The notes: generated from the sequence alone by a model not told the origin. Counted from the first letter of the stretch, positions 18,055 through 26,725 are shown. The stretch is 64,000 nt of DNA from Opitutales bacterium (GCA_024407725.1 JAKSVZ010000002.1:7403-71402); one strand, 5' to 3'. Translations and numbers: made by a program.

Positions 18055-18381
18055 TTAACCCGCACGCGATGCGTCCCCTGAATGCGGATTATTATGATGC
18101 ATCGGAGTAGAAGACGAATGGTGTTTGGGTCCAAAGCTACGTTTCGGGGGATTTGAATTCGCTAGGGTTGTTCTTAAACGATAGCAAATACGGGCTTTGG
18201 TTAAATCATAGGGGCTCATTTCCATTAGCACCCGATCCCCAATACCAATTTTAATAAAATTTTTTCTTAATTTTCCGGAAATATGAGCTAACAATTCTTG
18301 TTGATTATCCAAGCGCACTCTAAAAAGCGTTTTAGGGAGTACTTTAACAATGGTTCCTTCAACTTCAATTAACTCTTCCAT
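18055..18381 (-). CDS. infA: Translation initiation factor IF-1 with a ~35-aa C-terminal extension
   Basis: The S1-like core runs [67 protein letters not shown] His/Pro/Ser-rich tail follows. The ATG is at 18381; the track start at 18384 is TTG. Confidence 0.85.
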   Translation of the reverse strand: MEELIEVEGTIVKVLPKTLFRVRLDNQQELLAHISGKLRKNFIKIGIGDRVLMEMSPYDLTKARICYRLRTTLANSNPPKRSFGPKHHSSSTPMHHNNPHSGDASRAG

Positions 18382-18489
18382 CAATAATTTATTACTATAC
18401 CCTTTTTACAGAATCGGTCAAGTGTAAAGGGTAACCCCATTCATCACTTTAACTTGCTCCCTGTCTCCAAACCTGCTTTGATTTTTCTT

Positions 18490-19143
18490 ATGGCAAAGCA
18501 TAAAAAATGGCTAGGAATCGTTCTGTTGCTTGGCAGCTGTATTTGCTTCTTGTTGCCCCAGAGAACTACATGGGATTGTGCTGGATACACCTTATGCCCG
18601 CATTATTTTAAAACCACGCAAGCAGCTAAGGATTTTGTACAAAGCGCCGATTTTAACGAAAACAAACACTATCGGTATTATTGGTCTTGGACGCTTGTTT
18701 TTTCGGACAACCAAGGCAGTAGATCATCCGATTCTACTGGTTCCCAACCCATTTTATGGGCGTTTTTAAGAATACCGCATTATGGTTGGTTCAAAACCAA
18801 GCCCGACAAATGGGTACGCTTGGTATTAGCACAACAAATACAAGCTCAAATACCCCATCGAACGGTAGAAGTTCAAGGCAATGCAATCCTCGTTGATCAT
18901 CAAAGGATTGGAGTGTGTATCGCACAAGAAGAGCGTAATGGAGCATTTTGGGATTACGTAATCGAATTAGCGCTCAATACCCCTAAGGACGCTCTAGCTG
19001 GCACCTCATTTAATACCTCGTTAGCATTAGAATCCCAACAGGTCTATAACAGCGAAACCTTCTTAAAAGCCTTTTGGGTTGCTTTTCTGAAAAATCGAGA
19101 CCCAAGATCGTTCGATCTTAAAACTCCTTTGCCAGAGTGGTAG
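18490..19143 (+). CDS. Hypothetical exported protein or lipoprotein
   Basis: The ATG at 18490 gives MAKHKKWLGIVLLLGSCICF, a signal-like sequence with a possible lipobox LGSC. I recognised no motif. Confidence 0.55.
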   Translation: MAKHKKWLGIVLLLGSCICFLLPQRTTWDCAGYTLCPHYFKTTQAAKDFVQSADFNENKHYRYYWSWTLVFSDNQGSRSSDSTGSQPILWAFLRIPHYGWFKTKPDKWVRLVLAQQIQAQIPHRTVEVQGNAILVDHQRIGVCIAQEERNGAFWDYVIELALNTPKDALAGTSFNTSLALESQQVYNSETFLKAFWVAFLKNRDPRSFDLKTPLPEW

Positions 19144-19247
19144 CGATTCCTCGGTTGCAGATATAAAAAGCATAGGCAGCTAGGACATAGTTGCAAGATG
19201 CCTTGAAAATAGTTGCTTAAAAAGGGCGAATCCTCTAGTGTTGCACT

Positions 19248-19796
19248 ATGGATTACATTATTCGCACCCTACCCTCAACGGCCAACCTAAGGAAATCGTT
19301 AGGAATCTGTGTTTTCGGTAGCTTATTGCTCGCAATTTGCTCTCAAATCCAAATCCCTTTGTGGCCTGTACCCATGACCTTACAAACGGCTGCAGTTTTA
19401 TTTTTGGCTTATCGCTTTGGCAGTACCCACGCCGTTCGCGCAGTATTAGCTTGGGTTCTGGTCGGAAGCTTTAATCTGCCTGTGTTTTCGCATTTAACAG
19501 GCATAGGGGCGCTCAGCGGACCATCCGCTGGATATATCTATGGAATGGTGCTGCAAGCGTATAGTGCCCGTTGGTTTTTTAAATCGGGGTTAAGCATCCC
19601 ACGCCTCATTGCTGGAGGCTATCTATGCGTAGCGCTTACTTTTATCGTTGGATATGCTTGGCTTAGCGGATTTGTTGGAACAAACATGGCTTTTACAACC
19701 GGAGTTGCTCCGTTTTTACTGAGCGAAAGTCTCAAAATTATAGTGACTTCATGGTTTTGCAACCAGAACTCATCCCGCTGCGTCCACACCATTTAG
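19248..19796 (+). CDS. bioY: Biotin transporter BioY
   Basis: 182 aa with 5-6 TM segments. The BioY-like N-terminal region reads ...AICSQIQIPLWPVPMTLQTAAVLFLAYRFG. Confidence 0.75.
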   Translation: MDYIIRTLPSTANLRKSLGICVFGSLLLAICSQIQIPLWPVPMTLQTAAVLFLAYRFGSTHAVRAVLAWVLVGSFNLPVFSHLTGIGALSGPSAGYIYGMVLQAYSARWFFKSGLSIPRLIAGGYLCVALTFIVGYAWLSGFVGTNMAFTTGVAPFLLSESLKIIVTSWFCNQNSSRCVHTI

Positions 19797-20164
19797 TGTG
19801 CTTGCAGTATTTTGTCGGCAATGGATACAGCACAGGGTTTACCGCCAACACCACCCGCGTGCTTACTTACCTTAAACAACATCCAACCCTTGCGTGTATT
19901 CAAATCGTGCAAGGAGCTGATACTCTTTGTCAATCCTGCCCGAATATGCATACGCAATGTGAAACTGCTCAGCAACATGACCAAGGTTATTTACAAGCGC
20001 TTCATTTAACCATCGGACAACAGCTATCGTTCCAAGAAGCCATTGAACGCTTCCAACGGTACGTTAACGATACGGTATTTCACACAATTTGCGGCACCTG
20101 TCCGTGGTATGATCTATGTTCTTCTTTACGTCAAAAGCGAACGCTTGATATACTCGATACGTAA
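19751..20164 (+). CDS. DUF1284-family Cys-rich protein
   Basis: PLRPHHLVCLQYFVGNGYS is typical of DUF1284. Also has CQSCPNMHTQC and CGTCPWYDLC. Overlaps bioY by 46 nt. Confidence 0.65.
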   Translation: MVLQPELIPLRPHHLVCLQYFVGNGYSTGFTANTTRVLTYLKQHPTLACIQIVQGADTLCQSCPNMHTQCETAQQHDQGYLQALHLTIGQQLSFQEAIERFQRYVNDTVFHTICGTCPWYDLCSSLRQKRTLDILDT

Positions 20165-20175
20165 GTAGTTACGCT

Positions 20176-21093
20176 ATGAATGCATCTCATTTTTTGTTGG
20201 TTGACGGTACCAATTTGGCGTTTCGCAGCTTCTATGGGATACAATACCTATCCAACAGCCAACAGCTGCCGGTGAATGCCATTTACGGCTTTTTCAATTC
20301 ACTTCTGACTTTAGCCCAAACGCATTCGTTTGAACGCGCGATTATTTGCTTTGATTGCGGTCATTCAAGTGCCAGAACAGAAATCTTGGATGCCTATAAG
20401 AAAAACCGCACCCCAACACCGGATGATTTCAAAAAACAACTGCCTTACATTAAGGAACTTATTCCGTTGTTTGGATGGGTGTGTTGTGAGCAAATGGGGA
20501 TTGAAGCTGATGATTTAATCGCAACCTGGGCTCAATGGGCCACCCAAAATCAACAATCGGTAGCCATTGTCAGCGCGGATAAAGATCTCATGCAGTGCGT
20601 TACGAATACGGTGCATCAAATCGTTCCAAATTCCAACGGTTGGTATTCCTTAGATCCTGCGGGAGTGGTAGAAAAGGTAGGCGTTTATCCCCATCAAATC
20701 GTTGATTATTTAGCGCTTATTGGGGATTCTGCCGATAATTACCCAGGATTGCTGGGAGTGGGGCCTAAAACAGCTGCAAAATGGCTCAACGCTTATCAAT
20801 CAATCGAGGGTATTTACACTCATTTATCCGCCATAAAACCCGAACGTTTTCAGTCGGTTTTATCCCAATCAAAAACCTTAATCGAACGAAATCAATCCTT
20901 GGCGCGCCTTTCCTGTTCCCTTGATTGGATTGACCCTAAATTCAACCCTCAACCTCAGCCTCAAGCGTTAGATGCTAAGTTAACGGAGCTTAATTTGAAC
21001 AAATTAAGGGGTAAATGCCGTCAGTTTTTCCAACAGCATCCATCGATAATCCCTGATTCTAAGCCCTTGCAACAAGGGGAGTTTGCCTTTTGA
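20176..21093 (+). CDS. Stand-alone 5'-3' exonuclease / flap endonuclease (Pol I N-terminal domain family)
   Basis: Has LLVDGTNLAFRSFYG, IVSADKDLMQ and GDSADNYPGLLGVGPKTAAKWL (H3TH). At 305 aa there is no polymerase domain. Confidence 0.85.
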   Translation: MNASHFLLVDGTNLAFRSFYGIQYLSNSQQLPVNAIYGFFNSLLTLAQTHSFERAIICFDCGHSSARTEILDAYKKNRTPTPDDFKKQLPYIKELIPLFGWVCCEQMGIEADDLIATWAQWATQNQQSVAIVSADKDLMQCVTNTVHQIVPNSNGWYSLDPAGVVEKVGVYPHQIVDYLALIGDSADNYPGLLGVGPKTAAKWLNAYQSIEGIYTHLSAIKPERFQSVLSQSKTLIERNQSLARLSCSLDWIDPKFNPQPQPQALDAKLTELNLNKLRGKCRQFFQQHPSIIPDSKPLQQGEFAF

Positions 21094-21106
21094 GCACCCG
21101 AAAACT

Positions 21107-21763
21107 ATGAACTCCACAGACTTGCCCAATCCCAATACCGTCTTTCCTATTAAAAACCTAACTACGTTAACCTATGTAAAGCCGACCCTTAAAAATCCGA
21201 ATATTAGCGTTGGGGATTTTACTTACTTCGGAGCTAGCGATTTCGAAAGCCATGTGACCCACCATTATGATTTCATCGGGGATAAGCTGATCATTGGTAA
21301 ATTTTGCCAAATTGCCAAGGGGGTCAATTTCGTGATGAACGGCGCCAACCATCAAATGAATACCGTTTCTACCTATCCTTTTTACATTTTTGCCGGCTGG
21401 GGTCAAAAAGCGCCTGATAAGGCCGATATGCCCCTCAAAGGCGACACAGTGGTCGGTAACGATGTTTGGATTGGACAGGACGCAACCATTTTACCTGGAG
21501 TTCATATTGGGGATGGCGCTATTATTGGTTTAAACAGTGTCGTAGGGTCTCATGTTCCTCCTTATACTATTGTGGCGGGAAATCCTGCAAAACCTATCAG
21601 AAAACGCTTTGACGACGAATTAATTGCGCTCATGCTGCGCTTGAAATGGTGGGACAAAAGCATTGAGGAAATTCGTCGACTAATCCCCACGCTAACCAAT
21701 TGCCATTTGGATGAAGTAAAAGCTGCTATCAAACAGCTACTAGCCTCCGATTGCTCAAGATAA
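21107..21763 (+). CDS. Vat-family xenobiotic (streptogramin A-type) O-acetyltransferase, hexapeptide-repeat
   Basis: Similar to Vat/SatA proteins along its length by eye: HHYDFIGDKLIIGKFCQIAKGVNFVMNGANHQMNTVSTYPF...GDTVVGNDVWIGQDATILPGVHIGDGAIIG...AGNPAKPIRKRF...LKWWD. The ATG is at 21107. Confidence 0.8.
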   Translation: MNSTDLPNPNTVFPIKNLTTLTYVKPTLKNPNISVGDFTYFGASDFESHVTHHYDFIGDKLIIGKFCQIAKGVNFVMNGANHQMNTVSTYPFYIFAGWGQKAPDKADMPLKGDTVVGNDVWIGQDATILPGVHIGDGAIIGLNSVVGSHVPPYTIVAGNPAKPIRKRFDDELIALMLRLKWWDKSIEEIRRLIPTLTNCHLDEVKAAIKQLLASDCSR

Positions 21764-21768
21764 AAGCC

Positions 21769-21797
21769 TTGACACTCTAACCGTTTAGAGTTACCAT
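21769..21797 (+). promoter_or_regulatory. Sigma70-like promoter with no ORF downstream (overlaps a weak hairpin that could instead terminate the acetyltransferase gene)
   Basis: TTGACA (21769-21774), a 17-nt spacer, then TACCAT (21792-21797). The spacer contains ctctaa-ccgt-ttagag. Confidence 0.35.
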
Positions 21798-21867
21798 TAT
21801 TTTTGATGGGTGAAACTGGTTGCGGGAAGACATTTTTGATCGGCCATATGGCTGTCCTTCAAGAAAC

Positions 21868-21948
21868 TCGGCTGTTTTTTAGGAACCAGATGGCGTCACT
21901 TGATAGCTTCACGTAATAATAGACTATCAACACTTACGATCATCTCGT
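21868..21948 (+). repeat. Non-coding element, copy U1 (paralog of 22251-22332)
   Basis: Hand alignment shows tcggctgtt identical in both copies. The core ggcgtcacttgatagcttcacgtaataatagactatcaacacttacgatcatctc matches U2 at about 43 of 58 positions. Stops occur in all frames. Confidence 0.55.
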
Positions 21949-22186
21949 GCACCCAAATAGTAAATGAAGGACGTTAAATAAAATATAGTTCCATCATTCA
22001 TAGGTTGGCATGTTCTTTCAAGAAATATTGTACAACCTATCCCCTCCTAGAGTCAAGCCAAAAGCCAAAACTATATAATTTAAATACTAAACACTGCTTG
22101 TTAAAATGTCTTTAAAGAAATGAAAAAAGCAGCAATAAACAGCACAAAATTCCCCGAATCTGTACTGCTTTGATTCGATAAAAATC

Positions 22187-22215
22187 TTGACACAACAAAA
22201 CTTTATTCCTATGAT
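22187..22215 (+). promoter_or_regulatory. Sigma70-like promoter with no ORF downstream
   Basis: TTGACA (22187-22192), an exact 17-nt spacer, then TATGAT (22210-22215). Confidence 0.5.
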
Positions 22216-22250
22216 TTAAGTAGGATGTAGTAAAAGTTTTTTATTACTCA

Positions 22251-22332
22251 TCGGCTGTTCTTCAATAGACTAGAGGGCGTTACCTGATAGGCTTACGTGA
22301 TAATAAGCTGCTAACACTCACAATCATCTCCT
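22251..22332 (+). repeat. Non-coding element, copy U2 (paralog of 21868-21948; shares a core with 10229-10270)
   Basis: See U1. It lies about 35 nt downstream of the predicted TSS of the 22187 promoter. Confidence 0.55.
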
Positions 22333-22497
22333 CTGGCGCTCTGCAACTAAAAGCAGGATCACTAGAAGCAAGAAACGTTAGTGTTGATTCATCCATTTCG
22401 CTTCTACCAAACAGAATTTAACTCATTATTGCCTGAGCGTCAATAAAAAAGATAAGGATGTTCCTTTCCTTTTTTATCTCTTAAAATGCTTTTATCC

Positions 22498-22526
22498 TTG
22501 ACCCTTGGCCAAATAAAGAATATAAT
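22498..22526 (+). promoter_or_regulatory. Sigma70-like promoter pointing at the 3' end of pnp (convergent)
   Basis: TTGACC (22498-22503), an exact 17-nt spacer, then TATAAT (22521-22526). No ORF follows. Confidence 0.5.
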
Positions 22527-22758
22527 TGTTCTTAAGCGAACAAATGGCTCCAATATTCAAAATCTTTTGCACGCAAACCAAATTTTTTGATTTATCGCAT
22601 CTGCCAGCTACCATAGCAAAACATTAAAATACACGCTACAACTTAACGTTTTGACGTTAACTTTAACTTGAGCATTTTCTGGCGAAGCATGCTTGCTTAT
22701 TTTAAGCGCTTTCGCCATCGAATGTCAATTACAACGTAAAGGCTTTTGCCAATCCTTA

Positions 22759-24897
22759 TTATTTACTTGGCTGTTGTTGCATAGCTGCCTTACGGCTTAA
22801 GCGGACACGACCTTTTTCATCAATCCCAACACAGGTAACTACCATCGTATCACCAAGAGCGCATACATCGCTTGGATGATTGACTCGGCAATCAGATAAT
22901 TCGGATACATGCACCAATCCTTCCTGTCCGGGCAAGCATTCCACGAACACACCAAAATCCTTAATGGATTTAACGATGGCTTGGTAGGTTTTCCCAACTT
23001 CGATTTTTTGATCGAGCGCTTGGATTTGCTCAACTACCTTCTTGAGCATTTCCTCATCGCAGGCATAGATTGAAACTTTTCCAGAATTATCTTCGCAGAT
23101 ATCGATTTGGCAGCCGGTTGATTCCGTTAAACGTTTAATGTTCTTACCGCCAGGACCGATTAAAGCACCGATCTTGTCTGGAGAAATCATAACGGTTGCA
23201 ATGCGTGGAGCAAAGGGGCTGGTAGACGTACGCGGTTGCGCCAAGGCGCCTTTCATAACTTCCAAAATACGCGCTCTTGCTTGAGTATTTTGATGAATCG
23301 CTTCCTCCATGATTTCTAGAGGCAATCCAGCAATCTTCAAATCCAATTGAAATCCGGTAATTCCCTTGTCGGTTCCACAGATCTTAAAATCCATATCGCC
23401 GTAATGGTCTTCATCACCGATGATATCCGTTAACAGCTTATAACGCGCGATAGAGCCCGTTTGATCCATTTCGGTTACCAACCCAATGGATATACCCGAT
23501 ACAGGGGCTAAAATGGGCACTCCTGCGTCCATCAACGCTAAGGTACCACCGCAAACGGATGCCATGGAGGTTGAACCGTTTGAGCTCATGATATCCGAAA
23601 CCACACGAATGGCATAAGGGAAATCAGTTTCCGATGGAATAACGGGCAACAACGAACGTTCTGCTAAGGCACCATGTCCTACTTCACGGCGGCTAAGGAA
23701 TCCAAAGCGTCCTGTTTCTCCTGTTGAATAAGGCGGGAAGTTGTAATGAAGGATAAACGATTTCGATTGTGCTCCTCCGGTTAATCCATCCAAATCCTGA
23801 GCATCGCTATTAGCGCCCAAGGTTACGCTCACCAAGGCTTGGGTTTGACCCCGTTCGAACACAGCAGACCCATGCACGCGCTTCGGCAAAACATCAACCG
23901 CACAGGATAATTTACGGATTTCATCCAACGAACGGCCATCTAAGCGCTGATCTTGGTCTAAAACTGCCTTACGGCACACGTCCTCTTGCAAAGCTTCAAA
24001 AGCAATCGATACGGCTTCTTTTGCCTTTTCTTCATCGTCGAACCATTGCTCATCAATCGCCATTTTGAACGCGGACTGTTTGAGCAAGCGTACCCCTTCA
24101 TCAGCCGCTGAACGATCGGCATTGAACCAAGTGTTGCGCAAGGGTTCCGTAAAACTGGCTCTGCACCATTCCATGGCTTCTGTTGTAGCTACATGAGGAA
24201 CGTACGCACTTTTTACACGTCCTACTTGGCGCGCCAACGCTTCTTGGGCGTCTAAAATTGGCTGAATGGCCTGTTGAGCCTTATGTAAAGCCTCAATAAA
24301 ACGTGCTTCCGGCAATTGATCCGCGCATCCTTCAATCATCAAGGCACGGTCTCGGGTACCCACATAGATTAAATCCAAATCCGAATCGAATTGCTGATTG
24401 TTGGTTGGGTTAATAACAAACTCGCCATTGACCTGAGCAATCCGCACGCAACCAATGGGTCCGCCCCAAGGGATATCAGAACACATCAACGCCGCAGAAG
24501 CTCCATTGACCATCAAAATATCCGATTCATTCTTCAAATCGGTCGATAAGAGCAAACCAATAATTTGCACTTCATTTAAAAAGTCACTTGGAAATAAAGG
24601 ACGTAGCGGACGATCGCACAAACGCGAGGTTAAAATTTCTTTTTCGGTTGGCTTTCCTTCGCGCTTTATATAGCCGCCTGGGAAACGACCGGCAGCAGAA
24701 AATTTTTCGCGATAATCAACGGTTAAAGGGAAGAAATCCTGATCTGGAGCCACTTCCTTGGCCATGGTAGCGCTTACAAACACTACCGTATCTCCCGATT
24801 GTACCATCACCGAACCGTTGGCTCGTTGCGCTAACGTTCCGGTCGAAAACGACAATGGCATCCCCTCAACCTCAACGGTATATTTTTGCTTCAGCAT
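22759..24897 (-). CDS. pnp: Polynucleotide phosphorylase
   Basis: 712 aa with two RNase PH-like halves (SSNGSTSMASVCGGTLALMDAGVP). C-terminal KH (GPGGKNIKRL) and S1 (GVFVECLPGQEGLVHVSEL) domains are present. Confidence 0.95.
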   Translation of the reverse strand: MLKQKYTVEVEGMPLSFSTGTLAQRANGSVMVQSGDTVVFVSATMAKEVAPDQDFFPLTVDYREKFSAAGRFPGGYIKREGKPTEKEILTSRLCDRPLRPLFPSDFLNEVQIIGLLLSTDLKNESDILMVNGASAALMCSDIPWGGPIGCVRIAQVNGEFVINPTNNQQFDSDLDLIYVGTRDRALMIEGCADQLPEARFIEALHKAQQAIQPILDAQEALARQVGRVKSAYVPHVATTEAMEWCRASFTEPLRNTWFNADRSAADEGVRLLKQSAFKMAIDEQWFDDEEKAKEAVSIAFEALQEDVCRKAVLDQDQRLDGRSLDEIRKLSCAVDVLPKRVHGSAVFERGQTQALVSVTLGANSDAQDLDGLTGGAQSKSFILHYNFPPYSTGETGRFGFLSRREVGHGALAERSLLPVIPSETDFPYAIRVVSDIMSSNGSTSMASVCGGTLALMDAGVPILAPVSGISIGLVTEMDQTGSIARYKLLTDIIGDEDHYGDMDFKICGTDKGITGFQLDLKIAGLPLEIMEEAIHQNTQARARILEVMKGALAQPRTSTSPFAPRIATVMISPDKIGALIGPGGKNIKRLTESTGCQIDICEDNSGKVSIYACDEEMLKKVVEQIQALDQKIEVGKTYQAIVKSIKDFGVFVECLPGQEGLVHVSELSDCRVNHPSDVCALGDTMVVTCVGIDEKGRVRLSRKAAMQQQPSK

Positions 24898-24916
24898 AGC
24901 TGATCCCGTGGTTGAA

Positions 24917-25183
24917 TTAATGACGTAACTTTAATTGCTCTACAACCGTTTTATAGGCTTCTGGATTCTTGCGCTCCAAGTATTTTAATAACTTTTTGCG
25001 TTGATTGGACAAAGCCTGCAAGCCGTACAAGGAATGCACGTCTTTTTTATGGGTCTTAAAGTGCTCGGTTAGACCCGAAATCCTATCGGTTAATAAAGCA
25101 ATCTGGACTTGGGATGAACCCGCATCTTTTTCGTGTGTCTGAAACTTCTTAATAATATCTTGTTTTGCCGCTTTTATAGACAT
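24917..25183 (-). CDS. rpsO: 30S ribosomal protein S15
   Basis: MSIKAAKQDIIKKFQTHEKDAGSSQVQIALLTDRISGLTEHFKTHKKDVHS...; 88 aa from the ATG at 25183. The longer track ORF adds an implausible N-terminus. Confidence 0.9.
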   Translation of the reverse strand: MSIKAAKQDIIKKFQTHEKDAGSSQVQIALLTDRISGLTEHFKTHKKDVHSLYGLQALSNQRKKLLKYLERKNPEAYKTVVEQLKLRH

Positions 25184-25292
25184 GTCTTTTTTCTCTCTTA
25201 ATACATTTTTATAAAACAAGATTATTTTTGGCTTTTCAAGTAAAAACTCCATCAAACAAAAGGTTTGAACTTTAGCAAAAACCTAACAAGAT

Positions 25293-25304
25293 GGGGGGGG
25301 GGGG
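25293..25304 (+). repeat. Homopolymeric G12 tract directly abutting the start codon of an OMP gene
   Basis: Counted directly: atg-gggggggggggg... There are 12 consecutive G at 25293-25304 and the OMP ATG is at 25305. An out-of-frame ATG sits at 25291. Confidence 0.95.
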
Positions 25305-26159
25305 ATGATAAAACGAACTACTCTATTATTAAGTATCTGTATTGCTTTAGGAATACATACCCCCTGTTATGGTCTATACGTCATGGTACGTTCGGGATTT
25401 GGAACCCTAAAGGGAGATCCTATCTCGTTTGAGTATGAGGATCCAGATTTTCCTGACCCAGGAGTTATACAGTATAACTTGTATGATTACACAGATAACG
25501 CTTTCATTTACAAAGATCACAAAAACTTATCGGTGGCTTTAGGCGGACGCTTAGATGTGTTTGATATCGGCGCTTTAGGGCTGGAAGTTGAAATCCTAGG
25601 TGCTTATGCCAATTTAGATGCAAACAGGGGAAAGAGTGATTGGGGAGGAGATGATAGAAATGCAATATGGCAAAACATACCCGATCCTGATTTTTTTGTG
25701 GAAATCTATCGGAAGGTTCTTCCCTATAATCACAATCATTACTATGTATCCATGCGATTGCTCTACCTAAAAAATCAACGCATTGCTGGAACACAAGTAA
25801 ACGTCTATTGGGAACAGTATCTATTGGATTGGTTATCCGCTGGTATCGGTTGCGGGCTTGGCGGCGCTTATGTTTGCACCAAATTTACGACGTTGGAATG
25901 GGGTGAAATCGTAAATGATCGCGATGACTGGCAGGGTAATACGGAACTAAGCAGCCGCCGTAAGTACGTCCATTCCGGATCATTGCTGTACAACTTTAGC
26001 CTCTTTGTACGCGCAGAGAAATTTGAAACCTTATTCGAAGTCGGTTACCGCCATATCGGTTTACATCAGATGTGGAATAAATGCTATGGATATACAATCC
26101 CGAAGTTGGCTAACATGCATTCCGACCAAGTATACATTGGCGTAGGACGGACGTTCTAA
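25305..26159 (+). CDS. Outer-membrane beta-barrel protein, family 1 paralog 1
   Basis: 284 aa. Signal peptide MIKRTTLLLSICIALGIHTPCYG. Has alternating beta-strand-like segments and a C-terminal ...VYIGVGRTF. Paralog of 29428-30288. Confidence 0.75.
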   Translation: MIKRTTLLLSICIALGIHTPCYGLYVMVRSGFGTLKGDPISFEYEDPDFPDPGVIQYNLYDYTDNAFIYKDHKNLSVALGGRLDVFDIGALGLEVEILGAYANLDANRGKSDWGGDDRNAIWQNIPDPDFFVEIYRKVLPYNHNHYYVSMRLLYLKNQRIAGTQVNVYWEQYLLDWLSAGIGCGLGGAYVCTKFTTLEWGEIVNDRDDWQGNTELSSRRKYVHSGSLLYNFSLFVRAEKFETLFEVGYRHIGLHQMWNKCYGYTIPKLANMHSDQVYIGVGRTF

Positions 26160-26725
26160 AAACGGTGCTCAGTGGCGTTCCAAAGGCGTTTAAGATTTGC
26201 ACGGTGGCGCCAAAAAACTCCTATATTGAGGATAAGCAACGGTAGGGCATGCACGCGCGATGCTTCGAAACCGTAGCATAAGCAACAAAAAGGCAGCAGG
26301 GATAGGACGCAACAAAGGGATGCACACGATACATAACGTAACCATTTAAAGACGATTCCCCAAACCACCAACGCAAGCACCAGCGGTACCGGAATAATAT
26401 ACAATAGACCGCCAATCAGGGTTGCAACCCCCTTACCGCCTTTGAAATGGGCAAACAGGGGATAACAGTGACCCAATAATGCGCCCAACAATCCCCCATA
26501 AGGAGATTGCCAGCAAAGGGTACCGATGATAACCGCCCAACAACCTTTCAACGCATCCAAGGCAAACACCGTATACCCTGCTTTTTTCCCCACAGTACGC
26601 AATACATTGGTTGCTCCTGGGTTTCCGCTCCCTACCTCAAAAATGCACACGCCGTATAGCTTGGCAATCCATACGCCAAAGGGTAACGAACCCAACAAAT
26701 ATCCCACTAATAGCGCTATTCCCAT
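26156..26725 (-). CDS. plsY: Glycerol-3-phosphate acyltransferase PlsY
   Basis: 189 aa, multi-TM, with the GSGNPGATNV motif. Confidence 0.9.
   Translation of the reverse strand: MGIALLVGYLLGSLPFGVWIAKLYGVCIFEVGSGNPGATNVLRTVGKKAGYTVFALDALKGCWAVIIGTLCWQSPYGGLLGALLGHCYPLFAHFKGGKGVATLIGGLLYIIPVPLVLALVVWGIVFKWLRYVSCASLCCVLSLLPFCCLCYGFEASRVHALPLLILNIGVFWRHRANLKRLWNATEHRF

Noticed and set aside
24455-24770. Plus-strand ORFs (72 and 60 aa) within pnp, and the many similar 60-110-aa ORFs antisense to or nested in leuS, dnaE, mnmG, murJ, batA and others
   Set aside because: All of them lie entirely inside long, motif-supported genes on the opposite strand or in another frame. None has a recognisable motif.
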